Source: Vicugna vicugna
Lineage: Eukaryota
Direction: 5' to 3'
Assembly (NCBI GenBank): GCA_013265495.1
Contig: MU057930.1
Span: 133,599 to 197,598 of the forward strand
Length of the DNA: 64,000 nt
Positions 63,136-64,000 of the stretch are shown one piece after another (position 1 is the stretch's first letter; each line of letters opens with the position of its first letter). The translations under genes and the position numbers were made by a program. The notes under the pieces are model-generated. The model was not told the origin of the DNA. It worked only from the letters and a program-made list of their open reading frames with translations, and did not search any database.

Positions 63136-64000
63136 CTAGTTTATATACATAGTAAAAAAAAAATAAATCAGTCAAAGTGCAGGTCTATTAAAGAATCAGC
63201 ATTACAGTGCAGGGAATTGCCATCAATATCTTGTGCAACATAGAGAAATGACATGAGGAAAAAGGAAATGGAAAAGAATGTATGTGTGTCTGTGTGTGTG
63301 TCTGTGTGTGTGTGAAAGAATCACTTTGCTGTATGCTGGAAGCCAACACAACACTGTAAGTCAACTCGACTTCAATTAAAAAAATAAAAGATTCAGCACC
63401 GTAATTCAAGTTCCTCTGGATGACGCAGAGACGAAACACACCTTACAGCATCTTCTTGCCTCCTGCTCCCTCCATGCTCGGGAATCTGTAAGATCAGAGC
63501 AGCGGTCAGCCCTCCTGGGTGTCCCCCGTGGGCCGACGGTCCTCCCACGTGACTGATTCACCCACCAGGGGATGACTTCGTCCAAGGAGACCCGGACGCC
63601 GACGTGATAGACCCACTCTTCTTTTATGCAACTTAAGAAAGCACCGGGTTGATTTTGTCTTCAGAACCCCCGACGCCTTCGGCTTCCTGCAACCTGGCCC
63701 CTCGCACGGGGCAGATGGATTCCTGTGAAGCAAGCTGGTATTATTTCCCGCAGAACACCCAGGGTTCAAAATATCACCTCCTTCCAATACCCTTCTGCAA
63801 AAAAACGCATGCAGTGAGACTAACAGCGATGCAATATCTCAGCCAAGCGTGCACAGAGAATCTGCATATGGTCCGTCCTTGGGGGACCTCGGTTTTGTCC
63901 CCCCGTCCCCAAAACGGGAGGTAACAATACTGCCTGACCGTGGGGTTGGAAGGATCCCATCAGAGGATGGCTTAAAATATTTGACGTAACGTCTGCACGC

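Overview
Mammalian genomic DNA, not prokaryotic. About 14 copies of a tRNA-derived SINE matching my recollection of the camelid vic-1 family suggest alpaca, llama or camel. The window is the DHRSX/ZBED1 locus, which is pseudoautosomal (PAR1) in human. On the minus strand it holds DHRSX coding exons 2 (34488-34595) and 3 (29019-29087). The complete single-coding-exon ZBED1 (hDREF/TRAMP, a domesticated hAT transposase, 702 aa, 49676-51784) is nested in DHRSX intron 1 on the same strand. DHRSX exon 1 was not found and probably lies in the 802-N gap (57572-58373), which has GC/CpG-rich flanks. The rest is intronic or upstream sequence full of L1 3' ends, SINEs, MaLR/ERVL/ERV1 solo LTRs, DNA-transposon fossils and simple repeats. 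Nearly all other ORFs in the supplied track look spurious. I found no clearly new biological system. The two best leads are (i) an apparently complete D-D-E catalytic triad in this ZBED1 and (ii) a splice/uORF arrangement in which a shared DHRSX first exon would stop just upstream of the ZBED1 start, at a TGA that overlaps an out-of-frame ATG. Repeat family names come from visual recognition, and repeat boundaries are approximate.
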